Made by a program: the position numbers and the translations under genes. Under the pieces are notes generated by a model. The model saw only the letters and a list, made by a program, of their open reading frames with translations, was not told where the DNA came from and made no database searches. A DNA stretch of 63,583 bases, filler included, from Sphacelaria rigidula (Eukaryota): assembly GCA_964200075.2 (NCBI GenBank). It is 8 parts of 8 records of this genome, joined end to end, with 100 filler letters (N's around TTAATTAATTAA, not from the genome) between each part and the next. Parts side by side here need not be neighbours in the genome. Positions count along the whole stretch, not along the records: positions 31,844 to 39,703 come from CAXNAA020013195.1; positions 39,804 to 47,663 come from CAXNAA020013196.1; 6 more parts are not named here. One strand, given 5' to 3'. Below are positions 35,539 to 46,449 of the stretch, in pieces. Numbering within the stretch: position 1 is the stretch's first letter; the number at the start of each line of letters is the position of its first letter.

Positions 35539-37938
35539 TTAGTTCCAAGCGTGGCGGGAACAGTGCAGGTGATTGTTGCGGTGAAAGGGGCCGGTATAGT
35601 CGGCCGCAGACCGCGAAAGCCATACTTGTTCGTGTGTGGCAAGTTGCAAGCGTGTGGTGGGGCTGGCAGTGCCCGCCGGGTCAAGTGCACGGGACGGCGT
35701 GGGGGCGGCGGCTGTTGCTACAGAGGGCGCTTTGTCGGACTTGCGTGGTATCATGTAGTTCGACCTCGTGGGCTGATGAGGAGGTCGAGCTTCAAGCAAG
35801 TGGCCGGCAGAAGGCGGCGGGGAGGCTTGATGGTAGGTCACCCGCACCATCGACGATTCAGCTTCTTGCGTAGTGCGCCGAACATGCCCTTGTAGCTCGC
35901 GGACCCTCCTTTGTGTCAAGGCGGCAGTCTCCCCTTCCTGCAATGCTCTTTGTGCTGCCGTCTTGGTGGCTTCGGCTAGGGAAGCCTTTCGCTGAAAATC
36001 CTTCAGCTTGGCTGCATGTTCCTCCGAAAGGAGGCGGGCGGCAGCCTCGTCAGCACGGCGCTGCGGGGCGAGTAGACCGCGAGTCAGCGCCGGGGCTTGG
36101 CGGTCATAGTCACGGATGATCTGTTCTTGTTCCGTGCGAGGGCGGTCCTGGAACAGTCGCAAAATCAGCTCGGCGGGGCAATGCTCGACACCGAGCGGAG
36201 GCAGATCCTCCACCGAAGGAGGCGAACGCACGGAGACGTCCCCGACAGGGGCAGTGGTGGGACCGCTGTCCGCATCAGTGTCTACTGAAAGCTGGGCGGC
36301 AGCAGGAGTCGGGGTCGTGGCTGCAGTGGCTGCTGCAGAAGGCGCAGTGACCACGGTAGTGGCGGCTGCAGCGGTAGTGGGAGCGGCATTGGTGGCCTCT
36401 GTGGTAGGCTTAGTAGCAGCAGTAGTGCCCTTGGTTTCCATTGTTGCTGTTGCTAGGTGTCGCTCAAGATCTGTCAAACATTGTTGCAGAGAACGAATAA
36501 GCGCAGCGTCGGAACGGGACGGTGGTTCGCGGTCAGTGCGTTGTCGTCGTTTGTGCGATGAGGTGCGGTCGGATCCAGCAAATGAGGGTTCCGGGGTCGG
36601 TGACATGTCCGAAAATATGTTTTGGATATCGTCAGCATGTACCGTGTTATCATTGCGTACATAACGGTTGTGTGACAAAGGTTGAGCAGTAGAGATGCGC
36701 GAAGGTGCATGATCGGAGTTGTTCGAACGCGAGTTGAAGCGCGAAGAACTTGATCTGGGCCGCAAGGCATCCTCGTGAGTACGGCCATGGTTAGCTATCA
36801 CCGGGCGCTTTGGAGCGCGAGATGAATTGGAAGTATGGCGTGAACTGCCTCCAGATTTGTGTCCATGAGCGATATTCTTCGGGCGTGTGGAAGCGCGCGA
36901 TGAATTCAAGCTTTGCTGGGAGTGGCCCTTAGAACTGCTAGAACGGGAGACATGGTCATGACCAAGTCTCGGTTTGCGGCGCCGATCAGAAGCACTAGTA
37001 TGGCTCTGTCGCGACGTTGAGGAAGAGCTGAACTCATGTTCGTTGAATTTATCATGAGTGACGAACGGAGGACGCGATGTCGCCGAACGGGTCGGTAGAC
37101 GTACGAGTTTGGGCGTGGCAGGTGCAGAATCATCATTGAATTGCACATGAGCAGACGCCGACTGGTCTTGGAGCGTGGCGTGGCAAAAAGCCGTAAATGC
37201 CTCGATGAGAGCTGGCGCTGGCGATGGCGATGACACCGAGGAGGTGCGATGCAGAGTTTGCATGGCAGCATGCATGGCCGCAACTGTAGGTCCGACACTG
37301 GACTGCGCAGTAGGGCGCATGGAACTATCAAGAGTCGTGCGAAGGGGGTCCGTAACGGGAGCAGCCCGTGTGACAAAGTATCTTGCTCTAGAAGCGATGC
37401 GCTTCGTCGGGACAGAATCGTCTCGAGAGTTGTCAGCCGTCAAGCGACGGGGTGCCATGGTTGAAGCAACCGTGGCAGGGCCGAGCTGGACACGTGTGTC
37501 CAGGGGCAACGACTCGACTGAGGGCACAATCCTGACTCCGGATTCCATATTGGGATTCGGGAGAACAGGGGCCAGCGAGGGGTGTGCGACGGAATCCACC
37601 GTTATGGGATCACTGACATGCGCGTCAGGACCCAATGACTCGGCCGGTTGCACTACCATGTTCTCTGAGTTCGGTTTGGAACGTGAGAGAACAGGTCTCG
37701 GCGTCGAAGTCTGGTCTTCAAGCCTTGAAGAATGAGCTTCGCTCGAGTGTTGGTCTTCAGATCCCGAAGAATGAACAGCGCTCACATACGTGCGGCGATG
37801 CGTTGAAGGTGGCGTGCCGCTCATCTCAAATGATTGTAAACCGCTTGTAGTCTGACTTCGGGTCCGGCGGAGCGATTGGTTTCCCAATTGAGGGGAGGAG
37901 TCAGCGATATTGTTGTGCGACATGATATTAGTACGCAA
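35539..37938 (-). CDS. 799-aa Ser/Arg/Pro/Ala-rich ORF upstream of gag, unknown function
   Basis: Long open frame on the same strand as gag, with coiled-coil-like segments. In frame with 35071-35526 across one stop. Confidence 0.65.
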   Translation of the reverse strand: MRTNIMSHNNIADSSPQLGNQSLRRTRSQTTSGLQSFEMSGTPPSTHRRTYVSAVHSSGSEDQHSSEAHSSRLEDQTSTPRPVLSRSKPNSENMVVQPAESLGPDAHVSDPITVDSVAHPSLAPVLPNPNMESGVRIVPSVESLPLDTRVQLGPATVASTMAPRRLTADNSRDDSVPTKRIASRARYFVTRAAPVTDPLRTTLDSSMRPTAQSSVGPTVAAMHAAMQTLHRTSSVSSPSPAPALIEAFTAFCHATLQDQSASAHVQFNDDSAPATPKLVRLPTRSATSRPPFVTHDKFNEHEFSSSSTSRQSHTSASDRRRKPRLGHDHVSRSSSSKGHSQQSLNSSRASTRPKNIAHGHKSGGSSRHTSNSSRAPKRPVIANHGRTHEDALRPRSSSSRFNSRSNNSDHAPSRISTAQPLSHNRYVRNDNTVHADDIQNIFSDMSPTPEPSFAGSDRTSSHKRRQRTDREPPSRSDAALIRSLQQCLTDLERHLATATMETKGTTAATKPTTEATNAAPTTAAAATTVVTAPSAAATAATTPTPAAAQLSVDTDADSGPTTAPVGDVSVRSPPSVEDLPPLGVEHCPAELILRLFQDRPRTEQEQIIRDYDRQAPALTRGLLAPQRRADEAAARLLSEEHAAKLKDFQRKASLAEATKTAAQRALQEGETAALTQRRVRELQGHVRRTTQEAESSMVRVTYHQASPPPSAGHLLEARPPHQPTRSNYMIPRKSDKAPSVATAAAPTPSRALDPAGTASPTTRLQLATHEQVWLSRSAADYTGPFHRNNHLHCSRHAWN

Positions 37939-38121
37939 CCCTTATTTCAAAAGGCAGGTGCAGTATGTCTGGTCTGTGAGCTCTAATGAAAGGAGCGTGA
38001 CAAACGAGCTGCTACGTGTGAAAGTCGGAGCTTATATCCGGAATTACTGGAAACCTAATGGCGCCTGGGGGGACCGTGGGACCCGATGTGCTTGAGTAAT
38101 TTATTCAAGTGACTTGACGTA

Positions 38122-39534
38122 TGTAACAACTATGTCCGGGGTCTGGTCAGTACAACTTTGTTAAGGTTGTGGCGGTTAGGGCTTTCAACGGAGCTCGGAA
38201 TGGTGCACAGAACAGACGTATGTCGTCGAAGAAAACAACGAGGACCCGATTGTCTGCAGCAACTTTGGTACGTGGAAATCGGAAAACCTACACGTGTTCC
38301 GGGTGTGCGTGATAGGCAGACTACAACTGTACTATCGCGGGGCAGGCTGAGGAGCAACTGGCGGTGTGCAACTGAATTTTTTCGCTTTCAGATGCGCACG
38401 AAAGTTGCACAGTGCGATGCAGCACAAAAACTTTTACAAAGCTTGGGTATGGAGCCGCGAAATCAGGCTGCGTAGTGCACAGGCAAAGGAGCACTGATTT
38501 CAGGTGCTGCGTGGTCAAGTGAGCACGTGACGGAGGTTGAAATTTTCAACTAGTAGTATTCCCACGAAGCAACAAATTTGTTCGTTCGCAGAGGGGTCAA
38601 AGGGGGAAAGACTTACAGTACGTTACGCTGGGTGATGTTACTCACGGTGATGTACCGCGTTCGTTGTGGTACGGTTGTACGAAGTACACAAGGGGACAAC
38701 AAGAACAAAGTAGTCACCGGCAAAGCAGCTAAAGCTACAACAACAACAAGGCAGCTACGAGCAACGAAGGTAAATGGCCGGAACAAATCGAAGTTCGTGT
38801 ACAGATGTCCGTTATCACACTGTGTGAGCACGGGTTGTACTTGTTCAGTAATTTCGTGAAGAAAAGATACAACAGTCGCGTGCAATCGATACGGGAAAAT
38901 AAGAGCAGCAGCGTGCCGGCTTGGCAGGAGCTCAGATCAGGAACAGCGGCTCGCGATGAACAACAGTGCCCTTGTGCACTGGTGTTCTGAACAAACCTGT
39001 AGTAGAAGGCTTATTCTGTAGAAGAAAAGGGGGCCACAGGGGCAAATACACGAGCCAACGGTGGCTTCGTGCGGTGGTCGTACCGGCCTGGTGGAACACG
39101 AAAGATACCCTGGGGCCTTGTGCAGGTGAGGTCAAATTGACAGCACGGCAGAATAGCAAGCAGTGCGTGTTGACTCCACGTTGACCACACAAGATGTGGC
39201 GTCGAGCGCTACAGCAATTGCAAGTAGCAGAGCACGAATACACTTGACCGTGAGACACACGGGGCAGAAGCTTGAGAGCTGCTGACTACCTTAGCGGTAG
39301 GTTTGACTACAACCGTCCTGGAGGGAAAATAGGGCAAATGATCAAAAGGCTGGAGTACACAGCTACCAGCTAGGGATACAAATCGGTACAAGAAAGAAAC
39401 GCAACGGCCAAAGAGGAAGTTCCTTAGTCAGACGCCAGTGTAATAAAGAGCAAGGGGCTGTATAACGCAAGGACACAGCTTGCAACCCAAGGCACAAGCT
39501 TGACAGGCAAGTGTACAATCGTCAGACTGTTACA
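38122..39534 (-). repeat. Putative 5' LTR (1413 bp)
   Basis: Non-coding block bounded by TGTAACA...TGTTACA, about 180 bp before the first ORF. The second LTR is not in the window. Confidence 0.45.
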
Positions 39535-40396
39535 ACGTGCGGAAGGCTGTATAACCTGCTCAATATCCAGATGTTACCCGAGGTTCACGCAAATACGTTC
39601 TTGGACTTCTCTCTTAATTATCTTGATTCTAGCTCCGATACCACTCAATCAATCCAACCCAGACCAGTCAATATCTCTCACCGATCGTTAGACTTCCTTT
39701 TGCNNNNNNNNNNNNNNNNNNNNNNNNNNNNNNNNNNNNNNNNNNNNTTAATTAATTAANNNNNNNNNNNNNNNNNNNNNNNNNNNNNNNNNNNNNNNNN
39801 NNNGGCAATCAGGCAGAAGAAATCGTGAATTTGGTGATTTTGAGTCGTGATGATTTGTCCTAACCGTGGAATATTGCCCGGCGCATCCACCTGCAAACTT
39901 TCATGTAGCCTCTAGGCTGGCCCAGCTCGTACATATATATATATATATATATTGGGGGGGGAGGGGATGCTGATGAACCAAAAGTCCAGCCCATGGATCA
40001 TGACCGACAAAAACGATTGTCCAACACACGAAAAACTCCAGCAATAAAATTACAGGGCGAGAACAATGAACAGATGTGCGGGGATGCTCGCATACAAAAA
40101 AATCTGTCTTATGGATAACGACTGATAAAAGTGATTCCCATGAAACAGAAAAAAAATCAACAGCAAAACAACTGGGGTGAAAAAAAAGGTGTGGATGCTC
40201 AGAGACGAAATCTGGCCCTAAAAGTGATTCCCTGAACAAAAACGGCTTTCTATCAGACATTAAAATCCTCGGCAACAAACAAAAAAGGTTTAGGGTAAAA
40301 AAAACGCGGAGATACTCTCAAGGACCAAAGTCCCGACCTATGGATGATGACTAACAGATGATTAGTCAGCGTGGCAGGGGGTGGGGGGCTCCTTAC

Positions 40397-40578
40397 CTCT
40401 CTTGTGGTATTCCCGTCGTCATCGCTTACTCCCCTGTCCCCTGTACCATCGGCCGACGCCTCATGCACGTCTCGAGCGATGCTGACGATCTGACCACTAG
40501 CAACACTGCTGATTGCCTCCGCTTTCGTCACTTGGGTCTGTACCACTTCTCCTTCTGTCGGAGTGGGTAATAACACCA
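40397..40578 (-). CDS. Unknown host gene exon
   Basis: CGCAG acceptor, VLLPTPTEGEVVQ...GNTTRE, GTAAGG donor; phase 1-0. Confidence 0.55.
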
Positions 40579-41103
40579 CTGCGGTGGATTTGCCGGGATC
40601 CAGGTTTACAGTAGCAGCTGCAGCAGCAAGATCCGTGGTGATTCTGAAATAAGATTTTCGTTTTCACCACCACCCCATCCCCCCCCCCAAAATAATTAAA
40701 AACATCGAAAAAAAAGGTCGTTAAAAACATGCAAGATTAACAAAACATCAGCAAGGAAAAAAAAAAAACGCAACATTTTATATCGATGAAACAGAATCGC
40801 AAGATAAAATAGAAAAAAAAAAGTACGAGGAAACGGACGATATGCGATAAAAAATGCTGATGCAATCGAATTAGGGAGAATATTTGATAGATGATATTGA
40901 TGAAATTTGTCCTAAATGCACGGATTAGTTACGACTACAGCCGTGGTCATCCATCACCATCGATATACGCGCAGCAAATATCCAAGGCGGATGAAAAAAA
41001 ATGTAAATATGTTTAGTGTAGCATGAAGATTTCGCCCCATGCAACCGCACTTGCAAGCGTCCCCCTGTATTTAGGATCATTATGAATATTCTTCAGTACT
41101 TAC

Positions 41104-41191
41104 CCTCGCCATCATCTACAATGTCTGCGTGGTACCCCCTCTCAAAACAGGGATACCCCCCACCCCAGACCTCGTTCAGGATGAGCTTTTC
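41104..41191 (-). CDS. Unknown host gene exon
   Basis: EKLILNEVWGGGYPCFERGYHADIVDDGE, GTAAGT donor; phase fits the exon at 40578. Confidence 0.6.
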
Positions 41192-41530
41192 CTGACTCCG
41201 AGGCGATGGGCAATGGCTTGCACTTGGTACGGCCCCTTGGGCACGGTGTGTCAAAGCTACATTGTGGAGGATGACATGTAGCAACACCCACGGGGTACAA
41301 ATTATTGAATCCGAAAAATCATCACGTGGGAGTATTATTAAGAGGGTAATATACAACGTATACTAATACAGTATAGTGAGGAGACCCAGCAAAGTGCGGT
41401 GAATCGCAAGTGAGGAATGGCAGCAGCCGTATGTGGCAGGGAGGGACACCCGCCAAGGCTTCCCAGACGCGAAATTTTAGGGATAGAAGTACAATACTGA
41501 TCTGGGGAATCACTTGAAGAAAAAAACTCA

Positions 41531-41831
41531 GGCCGCTTTTTGTGGCAAACGAAAAAAACTCTGTAACACTGGGAGTTTATTCCCTGGATTCGACCGTTTT
41601 TGACCGTCCATGGACAAAAATGCAAGTTTGGCTAAAAAAAAAAAAACTGCGGCCGTCGGAAACCGCAAAGGTGTCCGTCCTGGAGGCGTCTCAACGAGTA
41701 GAGCAAGTGATTCCAACGTGTCAAAACTCGCCTAGTCCTCTTTCAGGGCGGAACACGACGCAGAAGGATCGAAATGGCAGCTGTACCGGATTTTTTTTCT
41801 TCTTTTTTCCTGTTTGCAATAAGAAGCGGCC
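41531..41831. mobile_element. Harbinger/Tourist-like MITE
   Basis: TIR GGCCGCTTTT..GCAAAC / GTTTGCAATAAGAAGCGGCC; flanks TCA/TTA. Confidence 0.55.
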
Positions 41832-42160
41832 TTAGGGCGAGAGGAAAAGTCGCACACTTTCTTTTTTGCGTTTGGCGAATTGGACCATGCCCCACATTGT
41901 TTTCGCCGCGCGGCGAATAAATGTGCGCGGCGACTTTGGAGGAGGGTGCGGCAAGCCGTGTATGCCACACTGCAGGAGGTGCGTGTTCTCTCTACTCAGT
42001 CCAAGTGGTCGGAACCACAACAGCGCAACATCTATCTGAAGCGCTGGGCCGCACTACGATTTGACTCCGCATTTTTTCTGTTCCTTGTTCTCAGAGCGTG
42101 TTTCAGTTTCGTTTTTCTTGGGTACGTCTATCATAAGATCACGGCTGGACCGCTGGGGGG

Positions 42161-42227
42161 CGTACTCATTTGTTGCTTGCCTTAGTCGTTTGACCACTGA
42201 CCACGCATCCCTTTCGAGACGGAGCAA
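42161..42227 (-). mobile_element. 67-bp LINE 3' end with a 17-bp TSD ending in G6
   Basis: TSD GCTGGACCGCTGGGGGG (42144-42160) / GCTGGACCCCCGGGGGG (42228-42244). The empty site is visible in the host-repeat copies at 19255 and 23205. Confidence 0.85.
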
Positions 42228-42984
42228 GCTGGACCCCCGGGGGGTCAGTTAAAGTGCGACAATCAATCAATCAAATCACCAATAATCCTATAGTGCGATG
42301 ACATCGTATACGTCTAGCGGATCGCATGTTAAGAGTGATGTTGACCGCACTGTTGTCGGACCGCCGATGTACGGTAAATACAGACGTGGTTCCAAAAACA
42401 GCTGAAAATTTATTTCTCGGGGTCATCATGCAGGGGGTGTTATTCAGCGTATGAGTGCTGTGCAGTATTCACGCCCTCTTTTGATTGATTGCTTGATTGT
42501 CGCACTTTGTCTGACTCCTTCAGGGGTCATGATCCAGCCGTGGTCACATGATAGACGTACCCAAGGAAGAAAAAAATGAAACACTCGCTGGAGAAAAAGA
42601 AGAAACAGAAAAAATCGAACAGAACGACATAGTAGAGACCAAGACGTGAGAAAAAAAAATGAATGAAACGACAAGAGAGCTCTGGACAAAAGGGTATTAT
42701 TGGCTATTGGCAACAAGTGTATTGCGCACAGTATCGAACACTTTATATCGGCATACTAAACCATACTGGAATGTGTACCGAACATACCGGGATGGTCCGG
42801 GAGGGTATCGAGCCGTATTCCGAACATTCCAGTAGGGTCCGGACGGGTATTTGCCGAAAAAATATCTCTTTCGCCGATATAAATACTTTTTTTTAAATAC
42901 TTCTGGAATGACGCGAATTTCAGCCGGTATGTATGCCCTAGAGGACGCAACCTTGGAAGGTTGCGTCTGCTACAAACGCAACAT

Positions 42985-43082
42985 CCGTCGTGCCGGTGGT
43001 GTAAATTAAAATGGTCCGACTGTCAGCACTAGGGTAGAGAGAAGGTGGGTTCGATTCCCGATGCGTTGGGCTGTTTTTTTGC
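42985..43082 (+). mobile_element. tRNA-derived SINE-like sequence
   Basis: A-box-like GGTGGTGTAA..TGGT, B-box GGTTCGATTCCC, T7 terminator. No clean cloverleaf. Confidence 0.45.
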
Positions 43083-43198
43083 CAGTATCTGATTTCCACC
43101 TTCGAAAGAGTGAGTATGTGAGTAAACAAAAAGTAGTTGACTGAGTTTCTTTGACGAGAGTTGACGCGGTGCGGGAGTGCTGATAGTCATGACCAAAC

Positions 43199-43266
43199 CC
43201 GCGAGACCAAAACGTAAGGAGGCGTGTACCGGTGAAGAGATGGGTTGATGCCCTTGAGTCCACGGA
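43199..43266 (-). CDS. Unknown host gene exon (candidate)
   Basis: Long pyrimidine tract plus CCAG, RGLKGINPSLHRYTPPYVLVSR, GT donor; phase 0 into 41191. Confidence 0.45.
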
Positions 43267-43439
43267 CTGGTCCAGAGGAAGAGGAAATGAGGTGAAAGTG
43301 CGACGAAAAGAAAAGGAAGAAGAAATATTCGATACTGTACGCAGTATACCTTTGCCAATGTAATCTATTGCTCAGGGTATGGCTGCATCACATTCGCAGT
43401 ATTGTGGAGCTTGACTTTTTCTCCTATCAATCATACTTT

Positions 43440-45025
43440 CACACGTCGGACAGATCAGCTCCCTATAGCTCGAGCTAGCTCTTTTTGAGCGTAGCTCCCT
43501 AGTGAGCTATGAGAGCTACATGAGCTACGCATGTTTTTCCTGGGGTGAGCTATGAGAGCTACATGAGCCACGCATGTTTGCCCTGGATGAGCTACCAACC
43601 CGTAGCTCATCAGCTCATATTCGTCCTGGGTGAGCTATGTGAGCTGTATGAGCTACGCACGTTTGCGATAGATGAGCTACCAACCCGTAGCTCATCAGCT
43701 CATATTCGTCCTCGGTGAGCCATGAGAGCTGCATGAGCTACGCATGTTTCCCCTGGGTGAGCTACCAACCCGTAGCTCGTCAGCTCATATTCGCCCTGGG
43801 TGAGCTATGAGAGCTGCATGAGCTACGTATGTTTGCCCCGGATGAGCTATGACAGATGCATGAGCTACGCATGTTTGCCCCGGATGAGCTATGACAGATG
43901 TATGAGCTACACATATTTGCTCTGAATGAGCTGACAGATGTATGAGCTACTATTGCTTATCCCTTTGACCGCGAGGGTAGGAGGTCTCTGAATCGGCATC
44001 ATTCACACCCGGAAAATGAAGTGGATTGTGCTGATTTATCAGATCGCCAGCCCTCGCGGTCAGAGAACTAACCCCTTGACGGCGAGTATAAGTCATCCGT
44101 TGAATCGGCTCCAATTTGACTTGAATAATGTATGCATGACCAGATGGACTCGTACCCTCGCGGCCAACCCATCAAAAGAAATGAATCGGCTGATTACTGT
44201 AGACACAGAATACTAGTGTTTTTTTAACCATCCGACCAAGCGAACGAGGATATGTGTTGGCTTCTCGTCTTCTTATCGCAAAGAGTGAGGCAAAACATCA
44301 CAACCTCATGATATGTGGCGCCATCCTTTCGAACAAGAATGTTACGAGGTACATCATAAGCGACACGGGGTTGGCCAGCAGCGAGCTAGGTATATGACGT
44401 GAGTCAGCCACGACCGTGTGTCCCTGGGGTGAGCTACCGGGCGTAACTCATCCGCTCATGTTTTCCCCGGGTGAGCTACAAGAGATGCGTGAGCTACACA
44501 TGTTTGCCTTGGGTGAGCTATCGAGCGTAGCTCATCCGCATATGTTTTCCCTGGGTGAGCTACCAACCCGTAGCTCATCAGCTCATATTCGTCCTGAGTG
44601 AGCTATGAAAGCTGTATGAGCTACGCACGTTTGCGATATGTGAGCTACCAACCCGTAGCTCATCAGCTCATATTCGTCCTGGGTGAGCTGTGGGAGCTGT
44701 ATGAGCTACGCACGTTTGCGATATGTAAGCTGCCAGCCCTCATCAGCCCAGATTCGTCCTCGGTGAGCTATGAGAGCTGCATGAGCCACGTATGTTTCCC
44801 CTGGGTGAGCTACCAACCCGTAGCTCGTCAGCTCATATTCGCCCTGGGTGATCTATGAGAGCTGCATGAGCTACGCATGTTTGTCCTGGGTGAGCTACCA
44901 ACTCGTAGCTCATCAGCGCACGTTCACCTTGTGTTGAGCTATCGGACGTAGCTCACATGTACATGTCTGACTACAAGTGAGCTACCGCCCGCAGATGAGC
45001 TAGCTCATGAGCTGTCCTACGTCTG
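43440..45025. mobile_element. TIR element built from GAGCTA/TAGCTC tandem repeats, with inserts in the middle
   Basis: Ends CACACGTCGGACAG / CTGTCCTACGTCTG; arrays 43460-43950 and 44420-45012; small TIR unit at 43963-44065. Confidence 0.75.
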
Positions 45026-46449
45026 TAGTAATCGTACAAGAAGTCAGACCCTTCAATGATTCTGTATTGCGGGGTTTGCCGGTCTTTCTGTCAAAAAGTA
45101 GTGAGATTATAATCCACGACATACGGTGGCAATCAAGGCTAATCAAAGTCGTGCGCTCAACCCCTCAGATACTACACAGCATTTGACTGATATTGCATTG
45201 TATTTTGTACTGCGTAGAAGCTCTATACGGCATCTCCACGCAATGCACGAGCAAGAACTGGCAACAAAGTCGTTTATGTTGCTCCAAGAAATATCATGTA
45301 TTTCAAGCGCTAGCCAATGTTGGTTCTGGACGCCCTGACAAAGTAAAAAAGCTGCCCTAGAAGCGGAAACTTCCCCTTGTTACTCCCTCCCGTTTTCACA
45401 TTTTACGTCGCTCTCGCGTTCAGAATATTGGCAGTTGGATTGTTCTACGATCTTCAGGCATATTCTCTCGTCATGCTCCGAACGCCTCCCCTTCCCTTCC
45501 TCCAGAGGAGTCCGCAGTCTCAAGGGATCAACCAACCTATCTCTCTCCCGATACACGCGTGGAATTTTTGTGTAGGGAGTTGGATCAGCTTGCCCGCGCT
45601 GCATTGACTCTCGTCCCAAACAGCTGTAGCTTCTCACGTGCGTCCCCACGTTTTCAGCGCAATAAAGCAGGTCTTGCCAATGGAAATATGTATGTTGTGA
45701 CTCGGACCCGCGACTTTCCGCTTGAAGTGGCTATCGGTGCACCATTTCAATTTTGATTACCGGGCACGAAGACCAAGTAGGAGAAAACATCAAGTAATAA
45801 ATGGTTCCCCCGAACCAGAACTTCGGGCTGTCGTAATCACCCCATTGCATCGAGTCAGCATGTATGGAGAAACAGAAAATGCGCCAGGTTCGTCCAGGCG
45901 AACCTGGAAAATATTCCCAGAGATGCGTGGTCCGGTACCATACCTCCCAATCTCAGGAAGAAGACGAGTTGAGGCTGTTGGAATTACTCTTTTGCGTTTG
46001 ATCTGATATCGGGTCCCACCAGAGTAGGTCTCGGTGTCGTCTGTTCTAGTCGACAGAACGGATGGAGTAATTTGATGGTCACTTGAAGTCGGTGAAGGCA
46101 GAGACTCTCTTTGATTCTTGTATGTAGTGAAAAGCAGAGAGTCGCCGCAAGAGGTGGGGGGTGCGCTGGCCGACCTACAGTGCATTGCGACCCCAGTGAC
46201 ATGCAGGTGTGCATCTATACGCAACTCAACAGTATGCCCTATCTACACGTGACATGCGTTAGCCAATCCCATCGATACGGCACAAGCAGTGTGATAATGG
46301 AGGAGTCTCCCCCATGAACTTGCAGTCGCGCACTCGATTGCCGACATGCCTCAGTCCTTCCAATTCTTACGTGAATTAGCGTTTTTTCCGCGCTGCAGCC
46401 GTCCATACTTCCATTTAACCTACCCCCCTCCCCGACCCCTTTCCCTCTT

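Larger units (their letters stand above)
31844..39534 (-). mobile_element. Ty3/Gypsy LTR retrotransposon, 5' half (putative LTR, extra ORF, gag, protease)
   Basis: Gag zinc knuckle CINCSVQGHSMRDC; protease LLDSG...ILLGRD. Colinear with the copy at 48093-50460, which continues into RT-RH-IN. Confidence 0.9.

Noticed and set aside
42985-43082. Functional tRNA gene
   Set aside because: B-box present but no acceptor or anticodon stems; kept only as SINE-like.
43460-45012. CRISPR-like array
   Set aside because: Spacers are repeated and variable in length, the context is eukaryotic, and there are no cas genes.
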